Virus genome (UHGV): UHGV-0018629
Strand: one strand, 5' to 3'
Source: a virus
DNA: 64,000 bases
In this document: piece after piece, positions 17,057-27,841 of the stretch
Position numbering within the stretch: position 1 is the first letter of the stretch
Layout: each line of letters opens with the position of its first letter
Translations under genes and position numbers: made by a program
Notes under the pieces: generated by a model
Seen by the model: the letters and a program-made list of their open reading frames with translations, nothing else
Databases searched by the model: none
Told to the model about the DNA's origin: nothing

Positions 17057-18340
17057 ATGGCTAAAATCAACGAACTTCTGCGCGAATCAACCACAACGAA
17101 TAGCAACTCAATCGGTCGCCCAAATCTCGTTGCTTTGACTCGCGCTACCACTAAATTAATATATTCTGACATTGTAGCAACGCAAAGAACTAATCAACCT
17201 GTTGCTGCTTTTTATGGTATCAAATACCTTAACCCAGACAATGAATTTACATTTAAAACTGGTGCTACTTACGCTGGTGAAGCTGGGTATGTAGACCGAG
17301 AACAAATCACAGAATTAACAGAAGAGTCTAAATTAACTCTCAATAAAGGCGATTTATTCAAATATAATAATATCGTTTATAAAGTATTAGAAGATACACC
17401 ATTTGCTGATATTGAAGAAAGCGATTTAGAATTAGCTCTTCAGATTGCAATTGTTCTTTTAAAGGTTCGTCTATTTTCTGACGCAGCATCAACGAGCAAA
17501 TTTGAAAGCTCTGATAGCGAAATTGCGGATGCTAGGTTCCAGATTAATAAATGGCAAACCGCAGTTAAATCTCGTAAACTTAAAACTGGCATCACAGTTG
17601 AATTAGCACAAGATTTAGAAGCAAATGGATTCGATGCTCCTAATTTCTTGGAAGATTTGCTTGCAACTGAAATGGCGGATGAAATCAATAAAGATATTCT
17701 ACAGTCTTTGATTACGGTATCAAAACGCTATAAAGTTACAGGAATTACTGATACTGGATTCATTGATTTGAGTTATGCATCTGCACCTGAAGCTGGTCGT
17801 TCATTATACCGAATGGTATGTGAAATGGTTTCACATATCCAGAAAGAATCAACTTATACAGCAACGTTCTGTGTTGCTTCAGCTCGTGCCGCTGCGATTC
17901 TTGCTGCATCAGGTTGGTTAAAACATAAACCAGAAGATGACAAATATCTTTCACAAAATGCTTATGGATTTTTAGCTAATGGTTTACCGCTTTATTGTGA
18001 TACTAACAGCCCATTAGATTATGTAATCGTGGGTGTAGTAGAAAATATCGGTGAAAAAGAAATTGTTGGTTCAATTTTCTATGCTCCATACACAGAAGGT
18101 CTTGACTTAGATGACCCTGAACATGTTGGTGCATTTAAAGTTGTAGTTGATCCAGAAAGTTTGCAGCCATCTATCGGTTTATTAGTTAGATATGCTTTAT
18201 CTGCAAATCCTTACACTGTAGCAAAAGATGAAAAAGAAGCAAGAGTAATTGATGGTGGAGATATGGATAAAATGGCGGGTCGTTCAGATTTGTCTGTTTT
18301 ATTAGGTGTTAAGCTACCAAAAATTATCATTGATGAATAA
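17057..18340 (+). CDS. 24: Capsid vertex protein gp24
   Basis: 427 aa, same size as T4 gp24; follows gene 23 directly. Confidence 0.93.
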   Translation: MAKINELLRESTTTNSNSIGRPNLVALTRATTKLIYSDIVATQRTNQPVAAFYGIKYLNPDNEFTFKTGATYAGEAGYVDREQITELTEESKLTLNKGDLFKYNNIVYKVLEDTPFADIEESDLELALQIAIVLLKVRLFSDAASTSKFESSDSEIADARFQINKWQTAVKSRKLKTGITVELAQDLEANGFDAPNFLEDLLATEMADEINKDILQSLITVSKRYKVTGITDTGFIDLSYASAPEAGRSLYRMVCEMVSHIQKESTYTATFCVASARAAAILAASGWLKHKPEDDKYLSQNAYGFLANGLPLYCDTNSPLDYVIVGVVENIGEKEIVGSIFYAPYTEGLDLDDPEHVGAFKVVVDPESLQPSIGLLVRYALSANPYTVAKDEKEARVIDGGDMDKMAGRSDLSVLLGVKLPKIIIDE

Positions 18341-18344
18341 AACA

Positions 18345-18368
18345 AAGGGACCTTTCGGTCCCTTTTTA
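18345..18368. terminator. Bidirectional stem-loop GGGACC-TTTC-GGTCCC between convergent genes 24 and rnlB
   Basis: Hairpin flanked by A-run and T-run. Confidence 0.55.
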
Positions 18369-18369
18369 T

Positions 18370-19374
18370 TTAACTTACCAATTCAATCCAAGCCGGACGA
18401 AGTACATCTTGTACCGTTTTAACTAATTCCTTCTTAATCAAAGAAGGATTATCCGCTTGGGTTAGAGTAATACCTTCACGAGAAGTTTCTTCCAAAATAT
18501 CTTGAACAGTTAGTCCCATCACCTTTCCAAAATCTTTTGGACCAATTTCGCCAATTTTAGAAATAACGTTATTTACTCGGTTCAGTGTAACATAGCAAGC
18601 TAAAATTCCCATCAGTTTATTATCAGCTTCTGAGAGTTCAACTTTAGCTTTAATAGGCTTATCGGACTTTTTCTTTTCACTAAATTTAGAGTTCTTACAT
18701 TTAATTGCTACACGATTTCCATTATGAAGCCAAGAAGGATAGCAAGGTTTCAATACATATCCTTCAGCAGTAAATACTTCACCTTTGGCTTCGGCATTCC
18801 AAACGCATTTATTTGCATCAACTAATCCAGCATGGTCTACTGTAAAATTATAATCTTGGACGACAGAATCTAAATCATTTGGCAATTTAATAAGTTCTTC
18901 AAATTTACCGCGACCTAAAAGTGGAGCCATTTTAAATTTAAATGTATTGCAGAATGATTCCATCATATAATCATCGACATAAGTCACATCACCACTTTCT
19001 GTAGTAACAATAATGTCAAATACATAAAAATCTTTATCGCCATAATCGACATTCTTCTGAATGCCAGGTCCAGCGAATTCGCCAAAAACTTGATAAGATA
19101 CAACCGCTGAAGTTTCCATAATATCTTGTACTGCTTTAATGGAAGCATCGTAATTCTTTAGAATAATTTCATACCCAAAGAAATCTTCAGCAGGAAGAAT
19201 CGGTCCAGTGCGTTTAGCGCAAGTTACTTTATCACGCTCAATAATCAACGAAAAGTTTGTTCCATGAATCTTTTCACGAGCTACCCATTCGCCGCCAGTC
19301 AATCCCAAGCTATAAAGTTTTTCAATGAATTTAGAATTGTAATGATTTTCAAGACTGCTATACTTTTTAAACAT
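18370..19374 (-). CDS. rnlB: RNA ligase 2
   Basis: 334 aa; nucleotidyltransferase lysine motif context (EKIHGTN); size and position as T4 Rnl2. Confidence 0.93.
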   Translation of the reverse strand: MFKKYSSLENHYNSKFIEKLYSLGLTGGEWVAREKIHGTNFSLIIERDKVTCAKRTGPILPAEDFFGYEIILKNYDASIKAVQDIMETSAVVSYQVFGEFAGPGIQKNVDYGDKDFYVFDIIVTTESGDVTYVDDYMMESFCNTFKFKMAPLLGRGKFEELIKLPNDLDSVVQDYNFTVDHAGLVDANKCVWNAEAKGEVFTAEGYVLKPCYPSWLHNGNRVAIKCKNSKFSEKKKSDKPIKAKVELSEADNKLMGILACYVTLNRVNNVISKIGEIGPKDFGKVMGLTVQDILEETSREGITLTQADNPSLIKKELVKTVQDVLRPAWIELVS

Positions 19375-19383
19375 AATTAATCC

Positions 19384-19662
19384 TCAAAATGTAATTTCTA
19401 ACCAATCACCATCACGCTGATCGCTATTGACTTTAAAGCTAAATCCTTCTTTTCTCAGCCAATCACCAATTTCTTCAGTAATCAATTTATCGCGAGCAGT
19501 ACAATAATAACTAAAATATGTTTTACCTTGTTCAGCTGCTTTATTAGCAAGTTCCGAAAAATCTTTAATAAAGCACTCTAGTTTAAATTGTTTACTTTTA
19601 AGTGCTTTTTCGCGTAATTGATTAGCAAAAGATTCATTTTCATAAAGATCATACTGTTTCAT
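19384..19662 (-). CDS. Hypothetical protein (T4 24.2-like by position)
   Basis: 92 aa ORF. Confidence 0.55.
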   Translation of the reverse strand: MKQYDLYENESFANQLREKALKSKQFKLECFIKDFSELANKAAEQGKTYFSYYCTARDKLITEEIGDWLRKEGFSFKVNSDQRDGDWLEITF

Positions 19663-19864
19663 TTTTCACCTTTTTATTAATATGTCTTTTTCTATAGACA
19701 ACTTTTTCTCGAGTTTCAAATCTATTCTTAGCAGTCATAGCTCGAGCCCATAATATAGCCACTTCCTTTGCCTGTAAGTTTAATTCACGAGCAATTTCAA
19801 TGAATGACTTTCCAGACTCATGAAGAGTAAACACCACAACCTCAGTTCTCATAATCAATCTCAT
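19649..19864 (-). CDS. Hypothetical small protein with possible helix-turn-helix (T4 24.3-like by position)
   Basis: 71 aa ORF; segment FIEIARELNLQAKEVAILWARA resembles an HTH. Confidence 0.5.
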   Translation of the reverse strand: MRLIMRTEVVVFTLHESGKSFIEIARELNLQAKEVAILWARAMTAKNRFETREKVVYRKRHINKKVKNETV

Positions 19865-19931
19865 GTTATCGAGTTGGTGCCATTATATACATCATTTTCT
19901 GATTATGTTTTGTGTGCTTTCAAAATGAAGA

Positions 19932-19947
19932 AAGGGGCCGAAGCCCC
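19932..19947 (-). terminator. Stem-loop AGGGGC-CGAA-GCCCCT downstream of hoc
   Basis: Perfect hairpin between hoc stop and upstream gene. Confidence 0.5.
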
Positions 19948-19953
19948 TTACGA

Positions 19954-21372
19954 TTATGGATAAGTATAGATGATACCAGTTTCTAAAGCAGTTTTATGAA
20001 TGATGTATCCATTACGTGATTCTTGAACATCAACTTCTGGATAGTCTTTCATCATCTTCTGAAGAGTGTAACGATGCAGGTAGTATTTACTATCTGGATC
20101 TTCAGTTTTCCAATCTTTACCTTCTTCGGTCATTTTTTGGATTTCATCCATAACCCACCAACCGCACCAGATGTAAGCTGAAGTACGATGTGGAAGAGGA
20201 TGGACATAAGGCAATTCACCTTCCGGTTCTGGAGCAACTTTATTAGTTACTTGAACTTGACCAGTCGCTTTAACTGTTTTACTATCATAGTCAGTTGCAG
20301 TAACAGTTGCAGTAACTTCAATAGTTTGACTTCCAATAGATGATGTATCAACTGTATACACATTAGTCGATCCTTCTACAGGAGAAGAATCTTTCTTCCA
20401 TGAATAAGTAATTTGCGCTGCTTCAGGTGCGCCAGTGACATTAGCTGTAAATGTAGCCAAAGCATCTTGCTGAACGTTAATAGAAGGAGGAGTCAATGTA
20501 ACCTGTGGATTCATTGTTTTCTTATTAACTGTTAATGATACTTCATTAGAAGTAACTTCCTTTTCATTATAATTTTCAGCAGTTACTTGCGCTACGCATT
20601 TAATTCTTTTTACTCCACTTGTAGTTGGAGTATAGTTAAATGTAGAGTTAGTTTCTCCACCAACTTGAGAATCATCTACATACCATTTATATGTAGCAGA
20701 CGCTCCATCAGGTTGAGAAGCTAAGGCAGCAGTAAATTGAACTGGGGTTCCAATTACTCCAGCTGAAGGACTAGCAGGAGTTACTGCCAATGTAGTTGTC
20801 TGTGTCTTTTTATTAACAGTCAGTGACACTTCATTAGAAGTAACTTCCTTTGCATCATAATTTGTCGCGGTTACTTGAGCTACACACTTAATTGTTTTAA
20901 CTCCGCTTGTAGAAGGAGTGTAATTGAATGTAGCAGAAGTCGCTTCGTCTACAGGAGAACCGTCAACGTACCATTGATACGTAGCAGATGCACCTGATGG
21001 CTGCGAAGCTAAAGCAGCGGTAAATTTAACAGCTGTTCCAATTACTCCTGCTGGAGGACTATTGGGAGTTACGGCTAAGGTAGTCGTCTGAGTTTTATTT
21101 TTGACTGTGATAGTTGTACTAATTTCAGCTGTTTCAGCTTCAGATTCTGGAACTGTGTTTGTTGCAACTACTTTAATAGTCTTTTGACCGGCAGGTCCTT
21201 TTAATACATAACTAAAAGTTGCTTCAGCTCCATCTTGTGGAACATCATCTACACTCCAAGCATATGTAATAGTTCCACCTCCAGTTTCACCACTGGGTGC
21301 AGCAGTAAACTGCTGAGTCTGATCTATAACTCCAGTAGGTGTTTTAGGAGTTATATCAACTGTAAAAGCCAT
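19954..21372 (-). CDS. hoc: Highly immunogenic outer capsid protein Hoc, with an extra tandem Ig-like domain
   Basis: 472 aa; N-terminus MAFTVDITPKTPTGV and C-terminal capsid-binding region; internal in-frame duplication of about 96 aa. Confidence 0.9.
   Translation of the reverse strand: MAFTVDITPKTPTGVIDQTQQFTAAPSGETGGGTITYAWSVDDVPQDGAEATFSYVLKGPAGQKTIKVVATNTVPESEAETAEISTTITVKNKTQTTTLAVTPNSPPAGVIGTAVKFTAALASQPSGASATYQWYVDGSPVDEATSATFNYTPSTSGVKTIKCVAQVTATNYDAKEVTSNEVSLTVNKKTQTTTLAVTPASPSAGVIGTPVQFTAALASQPDGASATYKWYVDDSQVGGETNSTFNYTPTTSGVKRIKCVAQVTAENYNEKEVTSNEVSLTVNKKTMNPQVTLTPPSINVQQDALATFTANVTGAPEAAQITYSWKKDSSPVEGSTNVYTVDTSSIGSQTIEVTATVTATDYDSKTVKATGQVQVTNKVAPEPEGELPYVHPLPHRTSAYIWCGWWVMDEIQKMTEEGKDWKTEDPDSKYYLHRYTLQKMMKDYPEVDVQESRNGYIIHKTALETGIIYTYP
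20515..21090. repeat. Tandem direct repeat (two ~288-bp units, roughly 80% identical) inside hoc encoding duplicated Ig-like domains
   Basis: Two adjacent units with long shared runs (e.g. cttcattagaagtaacttcct) read in sequence. Confidence 0.7.
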
Positions 21373-21381
21373 AAGTTATCC

Positions 21382-22062
21382 TTATTTTAATGTTACGAAA
21401 GAAGAATTACGTGTTTCACGAATTAGAACTGATCCGTCGCGATTAATGTAATAAATTAAGCTAAATAAAGTTTGGTGTGCCGACGCGTGTTCAAAACTAG
21501 TTGGATGAGATTTCCAATCCGGAGTTTCAGCGATCCATTGATAAATCCACCAAGGAACCGTACAGAATCCTGGATTTTTCCCCAATAATTGAAGATTCGG
21601 GCTAAAGTTTTCCGGAAGAGTAAATACAGACGGCTTTTCAGATTCAATAATCTCAGCTACAGCCTGTTCGAATTTTTCTTCAACAAAAGGAGTATCTTCA
21701 ATCAAAACATCGGTATTTTCAGGAATTTTATCCGTTTCTACTACGTCAATTTTAATGTCAGATTTAACAGGAGAATCAATCAGAAGTGCTGCCTCTGGAT
21801 TGACTTCTTCATCGTCATATTTTAATCCGTCTGCGGCATCAGCAGCATCAATTAAGTCTTTAATAGATAACCCATCAGTCTCTGGCATAGGTTCACTAGC
21901 GAGCTTCTGGAGGGCTTCTTCAATATCATTAACGATATTATCAAAAGATTTATTCTTTTTGACCTTTATACCAAACTGTTCAGCATATTCAGCTAATTTA
22001 GCTTTAGCTTCTTTATTATCATCAAGAGCCTTCAGCTCTGCAATATAATCTTTATCTATCAT
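21382..22062 (-). CDS. inh: Inhibitor of prohead protease
   Basis: 226 aa, size and position as T4 Inh. Confidence 0.8.
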   Translation of the reverse strand: MIDKDYIAELKALDDNKEAKAKLAEYAEQFGIKVKKNKSFDNIVNDIEEALQKLASEPMPETDGLSIKDLIDAADAADGLKYDDEEVNPEAALLIDSPVKSDIKIDVVETDKIPENTDVLIEDTPFVEEKFEQAVAEIIESEKPSVFTLPENFSPNLQLLGKNPGFCTVPWWIYQWIAETPDWKSHPTSFEHASAHQTLFSLIYYINRDGSVLIRETRNSSFVTLK

Positions 22063-22075
22063 AATATTTCCTCAG

Positions 22076-22083
22076 TATAAATA
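22076..22083 (+). promoter_or_regulatory. Late promoter box TATAAATA upstream of uvsW
   Basis: Exact TATAAATA about 30 bp upstream of the uvsW ATG. Confidence 0.45.
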
Positions 22084-22112
22084 TAGATATATTTATTACA
22101 TGGTATTTAGAC

Positions 22113-23624
22113 ATGACTGACATTAAAGTACATTTTTATGATTTTAGTCACGTGAGAATTGATTGTGAAGAAAGTACATTTCATGAACTCCGTGATTTCT
22201 TTAGCTTTGAAGCTGATGGGTATCGTTTTAATCCTCGCTTCAGATACGGCAACTGGGATGGACGAATCCGTCTTTTAGATTATAATCGCCTTCTTCCATT
22301 CGGCTTGGTCGGGCAAATTAAAAAGTTCTGTGATAACTTTGGCTATAAAGCCTGGATTGACCCGCAAATTAACGAAAAAGAAGAATTATCAAGAAAAGAT
22401 TTTGATGAATGGCTTTCTAAATTAGAAATCTATTCAGGAAATAAAAGAATTGAACCGCATTGGTATCAAAAAGATGCAGTGTTCGAAGGATTAGTTAATC
22501 GTCGTAGAATTCTTAATCTTCCAACATCCGCAGGTAAATCTTTAATTCAAGCTTTGCTTGCTCGGTATTATTTGGAAAATTATGAAGGCAAAATTCTTAT
22601 CATTGTTCCAACAACTGCTCTGACAACTCAGATGGCTGATGACTTTGTTGACTATCGTTTATTCAGTCATGCAATGATAAAGAAAATCGGCGGTGGAGCA
22701 TCAAAAGACGATAAATATAAAAATGATGCACCAGTCGTTGTTGGTACATGGCAAACTGTAGTAAAACAACCAAAAGAATGGTTCTCACAGTTTGGAATGA
22801 TGATGAATGATGAATGCCATCTTGCTACAGGAAAAAGTATTTCATCTATCATATCAGGTTTAAATAACTGCATGTTCAAATTTGGTTTGTCTGGTTCATT
22901 ACGCGATGGCAAAGCCAATATCATGCAATATGTTGGAATGTTTGGTGAAATATTTAAGCCAGTAACGACTTCTAAATTAATGGAAGATGGACAAGTAACT
23001 GAGCTAAAAATTAATAGTATTTTTCTTCGCTATCCTGATGAGTTCACTACTAAATTAAAGGGAAAAACTTACCAAGAAGAAATAAAAATTATCACTGGGC
23101 TCAGTAAAAGAAATAAATGGATCGCTAAATTAGCTATTAAGCTTGCGCAAAAAGATGAAAACGCTTTTGTCATGTTTAAACACGTATCGCACGGTAAAGC
23201 TATTTTCGATTTAATTAAAGATGAATACGATAAAGTTTATTACGTATCAGGGGAAGTTGATACCGAAACTCGCAATATAATGAAAACCTTAGCTGAAAAC
23301 GGTAAAGGAATAATTATAGTAGCTAGTTATGGTGTATTTTCTACTGGCATTTCAGTTAAAAATCTGCATCACGTTGTTTTAGCGCACGGTGTTAAATCAA
23401 AAATCATTGTATTACAAACAATCGGTCGTGTATTGCGTAAGCATGGTTCTAAGACAGTAGCAACAGTCTGGGACCTCATAGATGACGCAGGCGTCAAGCC
23501 AAAATCTGCTAATACGAAAAAGAAATACGTTCATTTGAACTATCTTTTAAAACACGGTATTGATCGTATTCAGCGCTACGCAGATGAAAAATTTAATTAC
23601 GTAATGAAAACAGTTAATTTATAA
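22113..23624 (+). CDS. uvsW: UvsW DNA/RNA helicase (SF2)
   Basis: 503 aa; Walker A PTSAGKS, DEAD-like box NDECH. Confidence 0.93.
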   Translation: MTDIKVHFYDFSHVRIDCEESTFHELRDFFSFEADGYRFNPRFRYGNWDGRIRLLDYNRLLPFGLVGQIKKFCDNFGYKAWIDPQINEKEELSRKDFDEWLSKLEIYSGNKRIEPHWYQKDAVFEGLVNRRRILNLPTSAGKSLIQALLARYYLENYEGKILIIVPTTALTTQMADDFVDYRLFSHAMIKKIGGGASKDDKYKNDAPVVVGTWQTVVKQPKEWFSQFGMMMNDECHLATGKSISSIISGLNNCMFKFGLSGSLRDGKANIMQYVGMFGEIFKPVTTSKLMEDGQVTELKINSIFLRYPDEFTTKLKGKTYQEEIKIITGLSKRNKWIAKLAIKLAQKDENAFVMFKHVSHGKAIFDLIKDEYDKVYYVSGEVDTETRNIMKTLAENGKGIIIVASYGVFSTGISVKNLHHVVLAHGVKSKIIVLQTIGRVLRKHGSKTVATVWDLIDDAGVKPKSANTKKKYVHLNYLLKHGIDRIQRYADEKFNYVMKTVNL

Positions 23625-23637
23625 GGGCTTCGGCCCT

Positions 23638-23883
23638 TTGGAGAAAAAGATGTTACTAGAATTTAAACAATTTCTTTATGAAGCTTCTATTGATGAATTT
23701 ATGGGTAAAATTGCCTCTTGCCAAACGATAGAAGGTCTAGAAGAACTTGAAGCTTATTATAAGAAAAGAGTCAAAGAAACTGAATTAAAAGATACTGATG
23801 ACATCTCTGTGAGAGATGCTTTGGCAGGAAAAAGAGCTGAATTAGAAGATTCAGACGATGATGAAGTAGAAGAAAGCTTTTAA
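23638..23883 (+). CDS. uvsW.1: UvsW.1 small acidic protein
   Basis: 81 aa ORF directly after uvsW. Confidence 0.7.
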   Translation: MEKKMLLEFKQFLYEASIDEFMGKIASCQTIEGLEELEAYYKKRVKETELKDTDDISVRDALAGKRAELEDSDDDEVEESF

Positions 23884-23944
23884 ATTAAAAAAGGCCCAAC
23901 CAAAAAGGAAGGGCCAAAACTATAGACTAAAGGTCACACTCACA

Positions 23945-24112
23945 CTATAGCAAAAGTTGTGTTTCATTTAATTGTTCTTCCGAACTTTCTGAAACTGGCA
24001 GTTCTTTAATGTAATTATAACAAGGCCCAGGATGTACAGGACCTCTGTCTGTTTCAACAACCAATGCAGAATCGATTGGAGTTTTACAGACAACACAAAT
24101 CTTATCTGACAT
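23945..24112 (-). CDS. Small Cys-containing hypothetical protein (T4 uvsY.-2-like); not in the supplied ORF track, under 60 aa
   Basis: My own translation: MSDKICVVCKTPIDSALVVETDRGPVHPGPCYNYIKELPVSESSEEQLNETQLLL (55 aa). Confidence 0.45.
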   Translation of the reverse strand: MSDKICVVCKTPIDSALVVETDRGPVHPGPCYNYIKELPVSESSEEQLNETQLLL

Positions 24113-24140
24113 GATTGTCTCCTCTAAATTATATATCTAT

Positions 24141-24365
24141 TTATATAACTCTCATATGCATATCAATGCCCATATCTTTAGAATAAAAATATTCATCAAG
24201 ATATCCGGCAAATTTTCCTTTAATATAAAGTACATCTTCACCGCATGGGTGGTCGGCCAGGATACGAATATCCTGACGCTTGAGATTATACTTTTTCATT
24301 AAGAATTGAATTTCCGTTTCGAATTCTTCTTCATAATTAAAAGCATCATCAATGCTATATTTCAT
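24141..24365 (-). CDS. Hypothetical protein (T4 uvsY.-1-like)
   Basis: 74 aa, ATGA-type overlap with uvsY stop. Confidence 0.65.
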   Translation of the reverse strand: MKYSIDDAFNYEEEFETEIQFLMKKYNLKRQDIRILADHPCGEDVLYIKGKFAGYLDEYFYSKDMGIDMHMRVI

Positions 24366-24778
24366 TATTTTCCAGCCTCAAATGCTCGCATGTCTTGAAT
24401 ATGCTTAATAGCAAATCCGCGTGATTTAATAGCATCAAGAGCTCCGCTACAGAAATCCAATAAAATTCCCCAATATTGTAATGAAGTATCAACTTTTAAA
24501 ACATCCTTATCAGCTGATAGAACTGTCTTCATTTCTGATTTCTCATAACGGTCCATACTAAATTCATCACCATCTCCTCGTCCCGAGTAGTAGTCTAATT
24601 TAGCTTTAAGAGCAACTTTTTTCTGTGCTTCAATTCTAAGCATTTCCTTTTTAATACTTGAATGCTTATTGAGCCATTTACTATATAACATCACATTATT
24701 AGCTGCTTCATACTGTAATTTAGTTGAATCTATAAACACATCTTTCTTCAATTCTTCTTGAAGATCTTCTAATCTCAT
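24365..24778 (-). CDS. uvsY: Recombination mediator UvsY
   Basis: 137 aa, same size as T4 UvsY. Confidence 0.9.
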   Translation of the reverse strand: MRLEDLQEELKKDVFIDSTKLQYEAANNVMLYSKWLNKHSSIKKEMLRIEAQKKVALKAKLDYYSGRGDGDEFSMDRYEKSEMKTVLSADKDVLKVDTSLQYWGILLDFCSGALDAIKSRGFAIKHIQDMRAFEAGK

Positions 24779-24844
24779 ATTGTTCTCTATTCAATTGTTA
24801 TTGGATGGACTTAGATTCATTATACCACGTTTATACGTGAAGCA

Positions 24845-25243
24845 TTATACTCTATTACTGGAAGCCAGTTGCAGTTTTATCTGCTCAATATCATCAGGGT
24901 TATCGATGACTGAAAAGCGTATTTCTACTATCAGAGTATAATCATCATAAACAGGTATTACATTAACTGCTAATTTATCAATACGTGGCTCGTAGTTTCT
25001 TACTGCGCTTTCAATGTTACGCTCAACCGTGTCAGCGGTAAGAGGAGTCATATTCTCAAAAAGCTGATCAGATAAATCGCATCCAAATTCTGAGTCAAAT
25101 GGCCTTGACCCTTTTCTGGTTGTAATAATTCCTAAAAGGCTATTTTTAATTGACCTTAATCCAAGAGATCTGGAAACGTCTTTGTTCCAATCCATTTTCA
25201 TTTCTGGGTCGATGTCAGAATAAAGCTTATTAATATTTGCCAT
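24845..25243 (-). CDS. 25: Baseplate wedge protein gp25
   Basis: 132 aa; N-terminus [19 protein letters not shown]. Confidence 0.92.
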   Translation of the reverse strand: MANINKLYSDIDPEMKMDWNKDVSRSLGLRSIKNSLLGIITTRKGSRPFDSEFGCDLSDQLFENMTPLTADTVERNIESAVRNYEPRIDKLAVNVIPVYDDYTLIVEIRFSVIDNPDDIEQIKLQLASSNRV

Positions 25244-25869
25244 TACAATAGCTCAAAGAATTCTTTGAGTCCTCTTATTACATGAGCGTGAGTTTTTCCA
25301 CACTCTGGACACTTAATTGGAACAGCCAAATAAACAGTAGGCTTTAAAAGCATATCTTTTATAGCTACAATATCTGACTCTGTGATGATAGAATATAAAT
25401 CTTCCAGTTCTTTTTCATTTAAGTCTTCAACTGGAATGCTTTCACCGTTAGCATGAATCGTTTCTATACATGATACTATCATGTGGGCTATATTTTTATC
25501 ATCAAAAATTTTAGGGTAATGGAACTTAATTTTAATGTCACCCAGTGTATACCAGAGGTCTTCTGGTGCATCTATTTGTGTATGTAATAGATTTATATGG
25601 GTTGGTATTTCAGTTCCACAGGTGCACTTCCAGGAGTTTTCGTGATTAACTTCTCCAAGAGAATGCGCCCATAAATGAATCAGTAATAGTTCTGATTCTT
25701 GGCGGTTTAAATCTTTTGCATTCGTGCAGTCTTTAATTAGCTTTTTAACAATTTCTTCTACGGAACCATTATTTTTGGCAGTAATAAGTTCTAGATATTC
25801 TTTAAGAGTAAATGCGCGACAATTGATTATTTTAGAACCAACTCTCACGTCAAATTTATATTCATACAT
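25243..25869 (-). CDS. 26: Baseplate hub protein gp26
   Basis: 208 aa, T4 order. Confidence 0.88.
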   Translation of the reverse strand: MYEYKFDVRVGSKIINCRAFTLKEYLELITAKNNGSVEEIVKKLIKDCTNAKDLNRQESELLLIHLWAHSLGEVNHENSWKCTCGTEIPTHINLLHTQIDAPEDLWYTLGDIKIKFHYPKIFDDKNIAHMIVSCIETIHANGESIPVEDLNEKELEDLYSIITESDIVAIKDMLLKPTVYLAVPIKCPECGKTHAHVIRGLKEFFELL

Positions 25870-25894
25870 ATTTAGCTCCTTTATTTATCATATT

Positions 25895-25902
25895 TATAAA
25901 TA
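25895..25902 (+). promoter_or_regulatory. Late promoter box TATAAATA in the divergent 26/51 intergenic region
   Basis: TATAAATA within the palindrome-like tatttataaata. Confidence 0.4.
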
Positions 25903-25919
25903 GAATAAAAGGAGCATCT

Positions 25920-26672
25920 ATGGCAAACATTATTCGTTGTAAATTACCAGATGGTGTTCATCGTTTTAAACCATTTACGGTAGAAGATTATCGAGATTTT
26001 TTGTTAGTTCGAAACGATATAGAACATCGGTCACCACAAGAACAAAAAGAAGTAATTGCTGATTTAATTGCTGATTATTTTGGAGACTATCCAAAGACTT
26101 GGCAACCATTTATATTTTTGCAGGTATTTGTAGGGTCAATAGGTAAAACTAAAGTACCGGTCACATTTGTATGTCCAAAATGTAAAAAAGAAAAGACAGT
26201 TCCATTTGAAATATATCAAAAAGAATTAAAGGAACCCATTTTTGATGTAGCTAATGTTAAAATTAAATTAAAGTTTCCTTCTGGGTTTTATGAAAATAAA
26301 GCAAAGATGATTACTGAAAATATTCATTCTGTTCAAGTAGATGAAACATGGTATGATTGGAAGGAAATTAGTGAATCGAGTCAAATAGAACTTGTTGACG
26401 CCATCGAGATAGAAACATTAGAAAAAATTCTCGATGCAATGAATCCTATTAATTTAACATTACACATGTCATGCTGTGATAAGTACATTAAAAAATACAC
26501 TGATATAGTAGATGTGTTTAAGCTATTAGTTAATCCAGATGAGATATTTACTTTTTATCAAATTAATCACACGCTTGTAAAAAGTAATTATAGCTTAAAT
26601 TCAATAATGAAAATGATTCCTGCCGAGCGCGGATTCGTATTAAAACTGATTGAGAAGGATAAACATCAATGA
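25920..26672 (+). CDS. 51: Baseplate hub assembly protein gp51
   Basis: 250 aa, T4 order. Confidence 0.88.
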   Translation: MANIIRCKLPDGVHRFKPFTVEDYRDFLLVRNDIEHRSPQEQKEVIADLIADYFGDYPKTWQPFIFLQVFVGSIGKTKVPVTFVCPKCKKEKTVPFEIYQKELKEPIFDVANVKIKLKFPSGFYENKAKMITENIHSVQVDETWYDWKEISESSQIELVDAIEIETLEKILDAMNPINLTLHMSCCDKYIKKYTDIVDVFKLLVNPDEIFTFYQINHTLVKSNYSLNSIMKMIPAERGFVLKLIEKDKHQ

Positions 26673-27841
26673 GTATGTTACAACGCCCTGGATATCCAAA
26701 TCTCAGCGTTAAATTATTTGAGAGTTATGACGCTTGGAGTAATAATAGATTTGTTGAATTAGCTGCTACTATTACCACATTAACTATGCGTGACTCTCTT
26801 TATGGTCGAAATGAAGGAATGCTACAATTTTATGATTCTAAAAACATTCATACAAAAATGGATGGAAATGAAATAATTCAGATTTCTGTGGCTAATGCAA
26901 ACGATATTAATAATGTTAAAACACGAATTTATGGATGTAAGCATTTTTCTGTATCAGTAGATTCAAAAGGCGATAACATCATTGCCATTGAATTGGGAAC
27001 TATTCATTCTATAGAAAATCTTAAATTTGGTAGACCATTTTTCCCTGATGCAGGTGAATCTATAAAAGAAATGCTTGGCGTCATTTATCAAGATCGTACA
27101 TTATTAACCCCAGCGATAAATGCTATTAATGCTTATGTTCCTGATATTCCGTGGACTAGCACATTTGAAAACTATTTGTCATATGTAAGAGAAGTTGCTC
27201 TAGCGGTAGGAAGCGATAAGTTCGTATTTGTATGGCAAGACATCATGGGAGTTAACATGATGGACTATGATATGATGATAAATCAAGAACCATATCCAAT
27301 GATTGTAGGTGAGCCAACTTTAATAGGTCAATTCGTCCAAGAATTAAAATATCCATTAGCATATGATTTTGTTTGGTTGACTAAATCAAACCCGCATAAA
27401 CGTGATCCAATGAAAAATGCTACTATCTATGCTCATTCATTTTTAGATTCTTCATTACCAATGATTACTACAGGAAAGGGTGAAAACTCTATTGTAGTGT
27501 CAAGGTCAGGTGCTTATTCTGAAATGACTTATAGAAATGGATATGAAGAAGCTATTCGTCTTCAGACTATGGCGCAGTATGATGGTTACGCTAAATGTTC
27601 TACTGTCGGTAATTTTAACTTGACTCCTGGCGTTAAAATTATTTTTAATGATAGTAAAAACCAATTTAAAACAGAATTTTACGTTGATGAAGTTATTCAC
27701 GAATTATCAAATAATAATTCCGTAACTCATCTTTATATGTTCACTAATGCAACGAAACTGGAAACAATCGACCCAGTTAAGGTTAAAAATGAATTTAAAA
27801 CTGATACTACCACTGAAGAAAGTAGTTCTTCCGATAAGTAA
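26669..27841 (+). CDS. 27: Baseplate hub protein gp27
   Basis: 390 aa, T4 order. Confidence 0.93.
   Translation: MSMLQRPGYPNLSVKLFESYDAWSNNRFVELAATITTLTMRDSLYGRNEGMLQFYDSKNIHTKMDGNEIIQISVANANDINNVKTRIYGCKHFSVSVDSKGDNIIAIELGTIHSIENLKFGRPFFPDAGESIKEMLGVIYQDRTLLTPAINAINAYVPDIPWTSTFENYLSYVREVALAVGSDKFVFVWQDIMGVNMMDYDMMINQEPYPMIVGEPTLIGQFVQELKYPLAYDFVWLTKSNPHKRDPMKNATIYAHSFLDSSLPMITTGKGENSIVVSRSGAYSEMTYRNGYEEAIRLQTMAQYDGYAKCSTVGNFNLTPGVKIIFNDSKNQFKTEFYVDEVIHELSNNNSVTHLYMFTNATKLETIDPVKVKNEFKTDTTTEESSSSDK

Noticed and set aside
20515-21090. Tandem ~288-bp repeat considered as a mobile element or satellite
   Set aside because: It is in-frame within hoc and encodes duplicated Ig-like domains; no terminal inverted repeats or transposase.
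21589-22048. Two plus-strand ORFs (78 and 97 aa) over the inh region
   Set aside because: Antisense to inh, low-complexity translations.
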